Shown here: piece by piece, positions 9,634-18,586 of the stretch
How positions within the stretch are numbered: the stretch's first letter is position 1
Layout of the letters: the number at the start of each line of letters is the position of its first letter
Source: Pseudomonadota bacterium
Lineage (GTDB): Bacteria; Pseudomonadota; Gammaproteobacteria; Burkholderiales; Thiobacillaceae
Reading direction: 5' to 3'
DNA length: 64,000 bases
Assembly: GCA_021783275.1 (NCBI GenBank)
Contig: JAJXUA010000001.1
Location: 1,365-65,364 of the forward strand
Notes under the pieces: generated by a model
The model's input: the letters and a program-made list of their open reading frames with translations, nothing else
The model's database searches: none
Told to the model about the DNA's origin: nothing
Position numbers and translations under genes: made by a program

Positions 9634-10800
9634 TTATTTCGCCGCGCCGCTCTGTACAGTCTCCAGCGTCGTCCACTTGCCGTCCTTGACCTGATACAGC
9701 GTCACCGCGCCGCCGGCGATATCGCCCTTGGCATCGAAACGCAACTGGCCGGTCACGCCGGGCATGTCGGTCTTGCCAATCTCTGCCATGTACTTGGCCG
9801 GGTCAGACGAATCGGCGCGGCGCATCGCTTCGACCAGCACGCGCATCGCGTCGTAGGCGTAGGGCGCGTAGTTCTGGATCTGGCCGTATTTGGCTTCGAA
9901 CTTGGTTTTGAAATCCGCGCCGCCGGGCATGGATGCGAGCGGCAGGCCTGGGTTGGACGCAATCGCACCCTCGGCGTCCGCGCCCGCCAGCTCGACGAAT
10001 TTCGGCGTCTGCGCACCGTCTCCGCCCAGAAACTGCGCCTTCACGCCGAGCTGCTTCATCTGCTTCACCATCGGCGCGGCCTGAGGGTCCATGCCGCCGA
10101 AAAATACCAGGTCGGGTGACTTGGACTTGATCGAGGTGAGGATGGCCATGAAGTCGGTCGCGCGGTCGGACGTGTATTCGCGCGCGACGACTTCGCCGCC
10201 CGCCGCCTTGACGGCTTTTTCGACTTCGTCAGCGAGCCCCTGTCCGTAAGCCGTGCGGTCGTCGACGATGGCGACCTTCTTCGCGCCGAGCTGGGTCACG
10301 GCAAAATTGCCAACGACCGAGCCCTGCTGCGCGTCGTTCGTCATCACGCGGTACGCGGTCTTGTAGCCGGCGGCGGTGTAGGCGACGGCGGTCGCCGACG
10401 GCGAAATCTGCGGGATGCCGTTGTCGGAATAAATCTTCGCGGCCGGGATGGTCGCGCCGGAATTCAGATGCCCGATCACGCCCGCGACGCCTTCGTCGAC
10501 GAGCTTCTGCGCGACCGTGGTCGCAGTCTTGGGGTCGGCGCCGTCGTCTTCGCTGACGAGTTCGAGCGTGACCTTCTTGCCGCCGAGCGTGAGGCCCGCC
10601 GCGTTGATTTCTTCGAGCGCGAGCCGCGCGCCGTTTTCGTTGTCCTTGCCCAGGTGCGCCTGCGGGCCGGTCAGCGGAGAAACCTGGCCGATGCGTACAG
10701 TAACGCTGCCATCGGCGGCGGGGTCGGCGGCCTTGTCACCGCAGCCGGATACCAGTACTGCCACGGCCAGCGCCGTTACGCTCCATGTGTAGCTTGCCAT
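9634..10800 (-). CDS. Branched-chain amino acid ABC substrate-binding lipoprotein (LivJ/LivK family)
   Basis: Lipobox VSGC; SPLTGPQAHLGKDNENGA, GHLNSGATIPA, DDRTAYGQGLA. Confidence 0.92.
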   Translation of the reverse strand: MASYTWSVTALAVAVLVSGCGDKAADPAADGSVTVRIGQVSPLTGPQAHLGKDNENGARLALEEINAAGLTLGGKKVTLELVSEDDGADPKTATTVAQKLVDEGVAGVIGHLNSGATIPAAKIYSDNGIPQISPSATAVAYTAAGYKTAYRVMTNDAQQGSVVGNFAVTQLGAKKVAIVDDRTAYGQGLADEVEKAVKAAGGEVVAREYTSDRATDFMAILTSIKSKSPDLVFFGGMDPQAAPMVKQMKQLGVKAQFLGGDGAQTPKFVELAGADAEGAIASNPGLPLASMPGGADFKTKFEAKYGQIQNYAPYAYDAMRVLVEAMRRADSSDPAKYMAEIGKTDMPGVTGQLRFDAKGDIAGGAVTLYQVKDGKWTTLETVQSGAAK

Positions 10801-10877
10801 CTCGATTCTTTCCGCAATCAAACTCGAACGCGGAATTTATACCACAGCACGACCGTGCAGGATGTCCCTTCCCCCAC

Positions 10878-10915
10878 AAAGCACGAGGCCGACGTCTCCG
10901 TCGGCCTCGTGCTTT
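10878..10915. terminator. Rho-independent terminator after the cytochrome c gene
   Basis: AAAGCACGAGGCCGACG-TCTC-CGTCGGCCTCGTGCTTT, perfect 17-bp stem. Confidence 0.8.
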
Positions 10916-10932
10916 ACGCGGGATCAGCGCGC

Positions 10933-11244
10933 TTACTTCAGGCTCAACACCCAGGTAACCAGCTTGGCGGTGTCCGCAGCGCTCACTTGCGGGTTCGGCG
11001 GCATCGGAATTTGGCCCCATACGCCCTTGCCACCGGTCTTGATCTTGGCAGCCAGCTTGGCCGGTGCGCTGGCATCACCTGCGTATTTCTTGGCGATTTC
11101 CTTGAATCCGGGACCGACTTTACGGGTATCGACGTTATGGCAGGACATGCAGGCGTTTTTCATCGCCAGTGCCTGGTCGGCGGATGCCAGGCCCGAGGCA
11201 ACAATCAAGGCAGCGGATGCTGCGGTCAGAATCAGGGTTTTCAT
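10933..11244 (-). CDS. Cytochrome c-551/c-552 (class I monohaem)
   Basis: Signal peptide; CMSCH; VGPGFKEIAKKY; GVWGQIPMPPN. Confidence 0.93.
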   Translation of the reverse strand: MKTLILTAASAALIVASGLASADQALAMKNACMSCHNVDTRKVGPGFKEIAKKYAGDASAPAKLAAKIKTGGKGVWGQIPMPPNPQVSAADTAKLVTWVLSLK

Positions 11245-11390
11245 GGGGTTCGTCTCCGTGGATATCGGGTGGGTATAGTCATGCGCATCGCGGCTGTCAT
11301 ATTTAAGGAAAAACCCGGCGGGTGCAAGACAGGAAGGGGGCTAAATGCCTGCAACGTCGTAAAACTTTGTTATGCGCCCATACAAATCTT

Positions 11391-13382
11391 TCAAGTGCCT
11401 GCCTGTAACAGCGTCAGCTCCGTGAGCGGCGGCTGGCAATGATTGCCACTGCACACCCAGGCTGTGACCTGCTCGCTTTCCGGTTTGTTCAATGCGGCGG
11501 GCAAATGCAAGCCATTCGGTAGCGCCAGCAACAGGTCACGCGGGCCAAGTGTGCGCGTCAGCGCCGCTGCCGCCGGTTGCAATGCGCTGGCCGGTCCACG
11601 CAGCAGAATGATGCGCGGCGGCTCGCGCGCTTCATCCAGCACTGCCAACAGGGTGGGACAGGCGGTCGGCTGCTGACTCAGCGTGGCGTGAAAGTACGCG
11701 AGCGCACGGACCGCAGCGTCGAGATAGCGAGTTTCACCCAACAGATGTCCCAGGCGTTGCAGGGCGTAAGCCGCCACGCCATTGCCGGACGGCGTAGCCT
11801 GGTCGTACCCGGGTTTTTGCCGGGTGATGAGCGCTTCGTGGTCGTGGCTGGTGAAGTAAAACCCCCCTGCTTCGGCATCTTCAAAATGCGTCAGCAGCGC
11901 ATCGGCCAGTTCGCCCGCCCACACCCGATCGGCTTCGCGGTAATTGGCCTGCAGGCTTTCCAGCAGCGCATCCAGCAGGAAAGCATAGTCGTCGAGATAG
12001 GCATTCAGCCGGGCCTCGCCGTTTTTGTAACTGGCGCGCAGACGGCCGTTTTGCCACAGCCTGGCACGCAGAAAATCCAGCGCGGCCTGCGCGGCCTGAA
12101 CCCAGTCGGGGCGATTCATAATGCGTCCGGCATGGGCCAGCCCGGTGATCATCAGTGCGTTCCAGCTGGTGAGCAGTTTGTCGTCACGCGCCGGGCGTAC
12201 CCGGCTTTCGCGCGCGGCAAAGAGTTTTTGCCGTGCACTGGCCAGAATGGCCACTGCGTCAGCGTCAACCGCCTGTGCCAGGATCGGATTCCAGTACGTG
12301 TTTTCAAAATTCGGCGGCTGGTCAAAACCGTAAACCCGCGCAGCGACGGCGTATTCCTCCGCAGTCAGAACGGCTTGTACTTCTTCTGCCGTCCACACGT
12401 AGAACCGGCCTTCATGGCCTTCGCTATCGGCGTCGAGCGCGGAATAGAACCCACCTTCCGGCGCGCACATTTCGCGCAGCAGCCAGCCGACCAGGTCTTC
12501 CGCCGTGGCGTGGTATAGCGCATCGCCAGTCAGCGCCCAGGCGTCGGCATAGAGATGCAGCAAGGGCCCGTTGTCGTAGAGCATTTTTTCGAAATGCGGG
12601 ATCGCCCATTGCGCATCCACCGAATAGCGGCAGAATCCCCCGCCCAGCTGGTCGCGCACCCCGCCCGAGGCCATTTTGGTCAGGCTGAAAAGCGCCAGCT
12701 CGCGTGCCCGCGCATGGCCCCGGTGTGCCTGCCGCAGCAGAAAAAACAATTCGCCCGGACGCGGAAATTTGGGCGGCCGCGAGAATCCGCCCCAGACCGG
12801 ATCAAACGCGGCGTCGAGATCGCGCAACGCCTCGGTGAAGGGCGCGTCGGTGAGCGCTTGCGGCTGGGCGCTGCCGGATGGCTGGCGCGCCAGCGCATCG
12901 CGTACCGCCTGGCTTTGCGCCAGTACTTCGCCGCGCCGGGTATGCCAGGCGTGGGCAATGTTTTCCATGAGATCCGTCAACCCGGGCAGCTGATAGCGGG
13001 GCTTTTTCGGGAAATAGGTGCCGGCAAAAAACGGCACCTGATCGGGTGCAAGAAACACCGTCAGCGGCCAGCCACCACTCCGCTGTACCAGCAGCTGGTG
13101 GGCAGCCTGATAAATCTGATCCAGGTCGGGGCGCTCTTCCCGGTCTACCTTGATATTGACGAAGTGCCGGTTCATCACGGCAGCCACTTCGGCATCGTCG
13201 AAACATTCGTGCGCCATCACATGACACCAGTGACAGGCCGAATAGCCGATCGACAGCAGAATGGGCTTGTCTTCGCGGCGCGCCTTGTCGAACGCCGCCT
13301 CGCCCCAGGGATACCAGTCCACCGGGTTATCGGCGTGCTGTAGCAGGTAGGGGCTGGGTTCAGTGGCGAGACGATTGGGCAT
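11391..13382 (-). CDS. Thioredoxin-domain protein, YyaL/SSP411 family
   Basis: [50 protein letters not shown]. Confidence 0.92.
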   Translation of the reverse strand: MPNRLATEPSPYLLQHADNPVDWYPWGEAAFDKARREDKPILLSIGYSACHWCHVMAHECFDDAEVAAVMNRHFVNIKVDREERPDLDQIYQAAHQLLVQRSGGWPLTVFLAPDQVPFFAGTYFPKKPRYQLPGLTDLMENIAHAWHTRRGEVLAQSQAVRDALARQPSGSAQPQALTDAPFTEALRDLDAAFDPVWGGFSRPPKFPRPGELFFLLRQAHRGHARARELALFSLTKMASGGVRDQLGGGFCRYSVDAQWAIPHFEKMLYDNGPLLHLYADAWALTGDALYHATAEDLVGWLLREMCAPEGGFYSALDADSEGHEGRFYVWTAEEVQAVLTAEEYAVAARVYGFDQPPNFENTYWNPILAQAVDADAVAILASARQKLFAARESRVRPARDDKLLTSWNALMITGLAHAGRIMNRPDWVQAAQAALDFLRARLWQNGRLRASYKNGEARLNAYLDDYAFLLDALLESLQANYREADRVWAGELADALLTHFEDAEAGGFYFTSHDHEALITRQKPGYDQATPSGNGVAAYALQRLGHLLGETRYLDAAVRALAYFHATLSQQPTACPTLLAVLDEAREPPRIILLRGPASALQPAAAALTRTLGPRDLLLALPNGLHLPAALNKPESEQVTAWVCSGNHCQPPLTELTLLQAGT

Positions 13383-13454
13383 GGGGCTAATAGTTGATTA
13401 AATTGGTCAACAATTGTACGCTCTCGCCCATTGCTGACCACCCAGGAGCGCTCC

Positions 13455-14033
13455 ATGTCCCAGGAACTGTTTGATGCCGCACGTGCCGGCGATGCCGCGC
13501 GCGTGAAAAGCCTGCTCGACGCCGGTGCCAGTCCGTCCGCCACCGACGAGGCCGGTGAAACCGCGCTGATGATGGCCGCCCACAGCGGCCATCTGGCGAC
13601 GGTGCAGGCGCTGCTGGCTGCAGGCGCCGACGTGAAAACCCAGTCGCCGCAAGGCTGGACTGCGCTGGCCAAGGCCGCCTACAACGGCGAAACCGAGTGT
13701 GGTTATGTCGAAGTCGTCGAAGTCCTGCACAAAGCTGGGGCCGATCTCGACGCCCGTATTTTCTTCGGCATTACGCCGCTGATGCTGGCGGCCGGCGGCG
13801 GGGATGCCACCGTGGTGGAATGGCTCATCAATCATGGCGCTGACGTGCTGGCGACCAATGAAGGCGGGCGCACCGCGCGCCTGATGGCCAACGACCGGTT
13901 TTACGTGGATGTCATCAATCTCCTGACCGACGCCGAGCGCCAGCTGGGTGTGCAGGAGGACGGCTCATGTTCATCGACCAAAAGCGTGGTCAAACCGCAA
14001 GTCGTCAACCTGCTGAAGCCGACGACGCACTGA
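13455..14033 (+). CDS. Ankyrin repeat protein
   Basis: Repeated GETALMMAA / GWTALAKAA / GITPLMLAA..G...V..L...GAD; AGGAG RBS before ATG 13455. Confidence 0.88.
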   Translation: MSQELFDAARAGDAARVKSLLDAGASPSATDEAGETALMMAAHSGHLATVQALLAAGADVKTQSPQGWTALAKAAYNGETECGYVEVVEVLHKAGADLDARIFFGITPLMLAAGGGDATVVEWLINHGADVLATNEGGRTARLMANDRFYVDVINLLTDAERQLGVQEDGSCSSTKSVVKPQVVNLLKPTTH

Positions 14034-14049
14034 CACCGGGTACCGCTGA

Positions 14050-15279
14050 CTAGAAATACCAGGCCAGCGTCACCCGCGCGGAATCCTCATTCCGCAGCGC
14101 ATGCAGCACATCATCCGGCGGCGCACCGGCATAGCCGCGCCATTCCAGATTGAGTTTCCAGGTTTCGCCCAGCCGTCGTTCCGCCTTGACGCTGTAGGTC
14201 AGGCCGCGCCCATCCAGGTCATAGGCCAGCCCGGCCAGTATCTGTGAGCTTTGCACGTCGTTAAAGCCGATCCGCATCCCCACAAACAGGTCATTCTGAA
14301 ACGCGGAAGGTGGCGCCACCGCCTGTATCGGTGGAATCAGGTCGATCGTGCTGGCGTCTTCACCCCGGTCGTCGTACAGATATTCAGCGAGCAGTCCCAC
14401 ATCGACCGCACTGTCGCGTACGCCCGAAAACGTGTACTCAAACCCGGCACTGAGCGCGAGATGCCAGGTCTCGATGTGCTCACGGTTGATCACTTCCAGT
14501 TTCCACAGCCACGCATCATCGACATAGGTCGCATCCAGCCCGAACTGGTGGATCAGGTCATAGCGTGGCGCGAGCACGATCTGTCCGGGCGCGATGGGTG
14601 TGGGAATCAGGCGCGGCAGGCGACTGGTGCCGTAGAAGTACGACAGCCCCAGGTCCAGCCCGGACGTACTCATGCTCCAGCGCGCGGCGAAATCGAGGTG
14701 GCGTTCCTCGCTACCGGCTTCATAACTCGCAAGCCCCTCGTCCACCACGAAACGGAAACGCGGCCGGCCTTCCTTGCCGGGGAAGGTGCGTTCGCGAAAA
14801 TACGGCATGACGAACAGATCAAGCGTGCCCACATCATGGATGAAGGCGACGTTGAGCATGGGCTGGCCGAGCTTGGTATCACCATCCGGGTTTTCGACGA
14901 TGTCCGACTGGTTGACGATATCAACCAGATGCTGCGCTTCGGTCACCCCCCAGAACACCTTGCGTATGCCCACCCGCAGCTCATGGCTTTCGCCCACTTT
15001 CAGATACTCAAGCTCGCGTATGTCGGCGTGCTGACGCTCATCGTCCCGGGGATCCAGGCGGGCAAAGCCGGTGAAATTGAACTGCTGCTTGCCGTCGTCC
15101 CACTCGCGGTTGAATTTGGGCTCGATAAACGCCGAGCCATACTGCATGTGCTGGGCCTTGTCTTCCGGTTCATTCCAGAAATACAGATACTCCAGACCCA
15201 CGCGCCCCGACCAGTCCGCACAGGCCGGAGACGCCGCGAACAGCCCTGCCAGAAACGCATGGCGCAGGGACGGCCTCAT
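14050..15279 (-). CDS. Putative outer-membrane beta-barrel protein
   Basis: Signal peptide; alternating aromatic strands; ELRVGIRKVFWG; C-terminal VTLAWYF; last gene of the RND-LolA-like-barrel trio. Confidence 0.7.
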   Translation of the reverse strand: MRPSLRHAFLAGLFAASPACADWSGRVGLEYLYFWNEPEDKAQHMQYGSAFIEPKFNREWDDGKQQFNFTGFARLDPRDDERQHADIRELEYLKVGESHELRVGIRKVFWGVTEAQHLVDIVNQSDIVENPDGDTKLGQPMLNVAFIHDVGTLDLFVMPYFRERTFPGKEGRPRFRFVVDEGLASYEAGSEERHLDFAARWSMSTSGLDLGLSYFYGTSRLPRLIPTPIAPGQIVLAPRYDLIHQFGLDATYVDDAWLWKLEVINREHIETWHLALSAGFEYTFSGVRDSAVDVGLLAEYLYDDRGEDASTIDLIPPIQAVAPPSAFQNDLFVGMRIGFNDVQSSQILAGLAYDLDGRGLTYSVKAERRLGETWKLNLEWRGYAGAPPDDVLHALRNEDSARVTLAWYF

Positions 15280-15319
15280 TCCGGCTCCAGCACACACACG
15301 GCGGCTGCCCGACCCGGAC

Positions 15320-16105
15320 TCAACGCGCCCGTGCCAAGGCATTCTGGTCGAACTCGCGCTCGGTCAGGCCACTGCCAAATTTGTAATCCTTCCACACCAG
15401 TTGCGTGCTCTTGCCGGTCTGGTGGTTGACCATGGCCATGTCGGCGGCGCGCCAGAATTTGCCGTATTGCTTGTAGCCCTTGAAGGTCAGCGTTTTCAGG
15501 AGCGCACTCTTGCGGTCGTAGTAGTCGATCTTGTGGATGCGGTAGTGCTGCTTGTCCATGCTGACGATCTGGCGGGTGTAGCCCGAGTTCTTGTCAACGG
15601 GATAACGCTCGAAGACGAACACGTCCACGCCGTCGAGTTTGTCGTCCTTGACGAACTTGTAGGTGTATTTCTCGACTTCCTGCGGGGTGATGTCTTCGTA
15701 CGCGAATTCGCTGCCCATGAAGGGGCCGGACTTGTTGTCCGAGGCGATGCGTTTCACCCGCTTCAACGCAGGCAGATACAGCCACTGCTCGTCGTCCGCC
15801 GTCTTGTGTGCGAACGACAGCAGCGCCGTACCTTTCACGTCGGCCGGGGTGTTGAAGATCATCAGGCTCTTGTCGCCGTCACTCAGCACTTCGAGCGATT
15901 TCGCGCGCAGCTCGCGGCTGCTCGATTCGCCCTGCTTGTTTTTCAGGAGCATGGTCAGCTCGGCGGCGGTGTCTTTCCAGCCGGTGTCGCGCGCGTTGGC
16001 TTCTTTGGCGATTGCCAGACCTTTGTCCTCCATGGGTCCAGCGTGGACGGCGAACGACGCGGTCAGCGCAGCGGCGGCGAGGGTGGTGGCGAGTTGTCTA
16101 AACAT
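15320..16105 (-). CDS. LolA-like outer membrane lipoprotein-sorting protein
   Basis: Signal peptide; FNTPADVKGTALL, QWLYLPALKRVKRI, FMGSEFAYED, LLKTL. Confidence 0.85.
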   Translation of the reverse strand: MFRQLATTLAAAALTASFAVHAGPMEDKGLAIAKEANARDTGWKDTAAELTMLLKNKQGESSSRELRAKSLEVLSDGDKSLMIFNTPADVKGTALLSFAHKTADDEQWLYLPALKRVKRIASDNKSGPFMGSEFAYEDITPQEVEKYTYKFVKDDKLDGVDVFVFERYPVDKNSGYTRQIVSMDKQHYRIHKIDYYDRKSALLKTLTFKGYKQYGKFWRAADMAMVNHQTGKSTQLVWKDYKFGSGLTEREFDQNALARAR

Positions 16106-18389
16106 GCAGTTTCTCCTTGAGTTTGAGCACGAGGGCGGGCAGCAGCAGGAAGTCTGCGGCGAGCGCCAGCGCGATGGTCAGGGCAGACAGCGTTCCCATG
16201 CCCGAGTTCATTTTGAAGTCCGACGCGGCGAGCACGGCAAAGCCCGCAATCAGCACCACCGACGTGACCCACAGCGCGGTGCCAACCGAATCAAAGACGT
16301 AGCGGATCGCGGCCTCTGGCGACAAGCCCTGCTCGCGGCGCGCGCGCAGGTACTTGGACATGAAGTGGATGGTGTCGTCCACCACGATGCCGAGTGTCAT
16401 GCCGAAGACGATGGACAGCGACAGCCCGACCTGGCCGACGCTGTAGCCCCAGACGCCGAAGGCGAGCAGCACCGGCAGCACGTTGGGGATCATGCTCACC
16501 AGCCCGTAGCCGAAGGAGCGGAACGCGAGCATCAGCGTGATCGTGATCGCGACCATGCCGAGCGCGTTGCCGCTCCACATCGACTTCATGGTGCGCTCGC
16601 CGATGTGGGCGAACATGATCGCGGGCGACGCACCTTCGCTCAGCATCGCGGGCGGCGCGTTTTTCGTGAGCCAGTCGCGACCGCGCGCTTCGAGGGCGCG
16701 TAGCTCGTTGGTGGTGATGTTTTTCGCGGTGACGGTGAAGCGCACCGAAGATTTCTCGATGTTGAGTTGATTGTTGAGATCGAGCCCGAACGGCAGCGAC
16801 ATTTCGTAGAGCAAGAGATATTGCGCGGCGAGTTCGCGGTTTTCCGGGATGCGGTAATAGCTGCGGTCGTCGCCGTGCAGGTTCATGTTGAGTCGCTTCA
16901 TGATGTCGGCGAAGCTATTCACGTGCACGACTTCGGGCTGGCTGCGAAACCACTCGGCGAAGGCGTCGAGCGTTTTGAGGTAGGCCGGGTCGGCGACGCC
17001 TTCGGGGCGTCCCGCCGAGAGGCTGTAGTCCACCGTGTAGATGCCGGTCAGGCGCTCAGTGGCGAAGTCGGTGTCCTGGCGGAATTGCGTGGCTTTGCCG
17101 AAATATTCGACGAAGGCGTCGTTCAGTTCGTTGCGCGGAATGCCTGCAACCAGCACGACCGCGACGACCGCACTGCCGACGAGAATCTTGTTGGCGTTGT
17201 GCGTGACCCAGCCGCCCAGTCGCGAAATCGCGGCTTCGCCGAACGCCGCCTGCTTGCGCACGCGCCCCGGCAGGATCACGACCAGCGCAGGCAGCACGGT
17301 GACGGCAAAGACGAACGCCAGCATCACCCCCAGCGCGACCATGTTGCCGAGGTCGCGGAACGGCGGCGAGTCGCTGAAGTTCATGCTCAAAAAGCCGACC
17401 GCCGTGGTGAAGCTGGTGAGGAACACCGGTTGCAGGTTGACCCGCAGCGCTTCGGTCATCGCCTCCGCCCGCGAGACGCCGTCCTGTCTCAATTTGTGCA
17501 GATAACTGCCGAGGATATGGATGCAGTCGGCCACCGCGAGCGTGAGGATGATCGTCGGCACACTCGCGGTCGGCGGGGTGAGCCGACCCGAAATCCAGCC
17601 CCACAGTCCGAGCCCCGACGCGATGGCGAGCGCGATCACCAGCAGCGTGGTAAACACCCCGGCGGCGTGCCGCAACAGCAGATACATCAGCACCAGCACC
17701 ACGCAGAACATGATCGGCACGAGCGTGCGCATATCGGTTTTCTGCGCTTCGGGGAAGGCGTTGTTCATCATCACCGTGCCGGTGAGATGGAAGGCGATGT
17801 CGGGGTATTTGGCGCGCAGTTTTTCGACATCGGCGCGCACGTGGGCGACGACTTCGGGGATCTCTTTGCGCGGGTCTTTTTCCGGTGCGTGGATGGTGAG
17901 GTTGACCGCTGTCACGTCACCGGCAGTGGAAATCAGGCGATGCAGCAGCAAGGGTTCGGCGACGGCGACGCGGCGGATTTCAGCGCGCTGCGCCGGGTCG
18001 AGCTCGCCATCGGGGACGAGATCCTTGACGATGAGGTCGTCGTCCACCCCGCGTGTGTGCTGGAAGTTCGAGACCGAATCGACGCGGATCGAATGCGGCG
18101 TCTGCCACGCCATCGTGGTGTATTCGCGCACCGCGTCGAGCGTGCTGCCGGTGAAGACATCGCCGTTTTTCGGCGCCATCACCACCAGCACGTTGTCGTT
18201 CTTGGTATAGGTGTTCTGGAGCTTTTCGAAGGCCGCGAGCTGCGGGTTGTCGGCGCTGAAAAACACGCGGTAGTCGGTGGTCATCGACAGGCGTTTGATC
18301 CCGGCGGCGGCGGCGACGGCCAGCACCAGCATGACGATCAACACCAGCCAGCGGTTCTGTACCACCCAGCGGGAATAGGCTGCACTCAT
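16098..18389 (-). CDS. MMPL/RND family exporter
   Basis: Two-repeat RND architecture; AVADCIH, LTSFTTAVGF, GIVVDDTIHF, LLLPAL. Confidence 0.88.
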   Translation of the reverse strand: MSAAYSRWVVQNRWLVLIVMLVLAVAAAAGIKRLSMTTDYRVFFSADNPQLAAFEKLQNTYTKNDNVLVVMAPKNGDVFTGSTLDAVREYTTMAWQTPHSIRVDSVSNFQHTRGVDDDLIVKDLVPDGELDPAQRAEIRRVAVAEPLLLHRLISTAGDVTAVNLTIHAPEKDPRKEIPEVVAHVRADVEKLRAKYPDIAFHLTGTVMMNNAFPEAQKTDMRTLVPIMFCVVLVLMYLLLRHAAGVFTTLLVIALAIASGLGLWGWISGRLTPPTASVPTIILTLAVADCIHILGSYLHKLRQDGVSRAEAMTEALRVNLQPVFLTSFTTAVGFLSMNFSDSPPFRDLGNMVALGVMLAFVFAVTVLPALVVILPGRVRKQAAFGEAAISRLGGWVTHNANKILVGSAVVAVVLVAGIPRNELNDAFVEYFGKATQFRQDTDFATERLTGIYTVDYSLSAGRPEGVADPAYLKTLDAFAEWFRSQPEVVHVNSFADIMKRLNMNLHGDDRSYYRIPENRELAAQYLLLYEMSLPFGLDLNNQLNIEKSSVRFTVTAKNITTNELRALEARGRDWLTKNAPPAMLSEGASPAIMFAHIGERTMKSMWSGNALGMVAITITLMLAFRSFGYGLVSMIPNVLPVLLAFGVWGYSVGQVGLSLSIVFGMTLGIVVDDTIHFMSKYLRARREQGLSPEAAIRYVFDSVGTALWVTSVVLIAGFAVLAASDFKMNSGMGTLSALTIALALAADFLLLPALVLKLKEKLHV

Positions 18390-18468
18390 GTTCGGTTTTG
18401 CTCCAGCTTGGCCACGTCAGGCGTAGCCGTTGGGATTGGGTTCAATTCGGCTTCAGTCACACTTCGGC

Positions 18469-18586
18469 TCAGTAGTTCGGGCGTTCCACGCCGCTGTTTC
18501 AATATTCCAGGCGCTTCTCGCCCGCGATCCTAATATTCAGGCCGCTCCACGCCCGCTGTCCTAATATTCCGGGCGTTCCACGCCCT
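18469..18586 (-). repeat. Four degenerate 30-31 bp tandem units; the first is the 3' end of the SoxB-like gene
   Basis: Minus strand: GGCGTGGAACGCCCGGAATATTAG, GGCGTGGAGCGGCCTGAATATTAG, GGCGAGAAGCGCCTGGAATATTGA, GGCGTGGAACGCCCGAACTACTGA; stops end at 18561, 18530, 18499, 18469. Confidence 0.9.

Noticed and set aside
13393-13411. FNR box between the yyaL-like and ankyrin genes
   Set aside because: GTTGA-N9-TCAAC is palindromic but the spacing does not fit TTGAT-N4-ATCAA; too weak to assign
18469-18586. CRISPR array
   Set aside because: Units abut with only 6-7 nt between the conserved cores, are degenerate, include the gene's own coding end, and no cas genes are present; kept as a repeat finding
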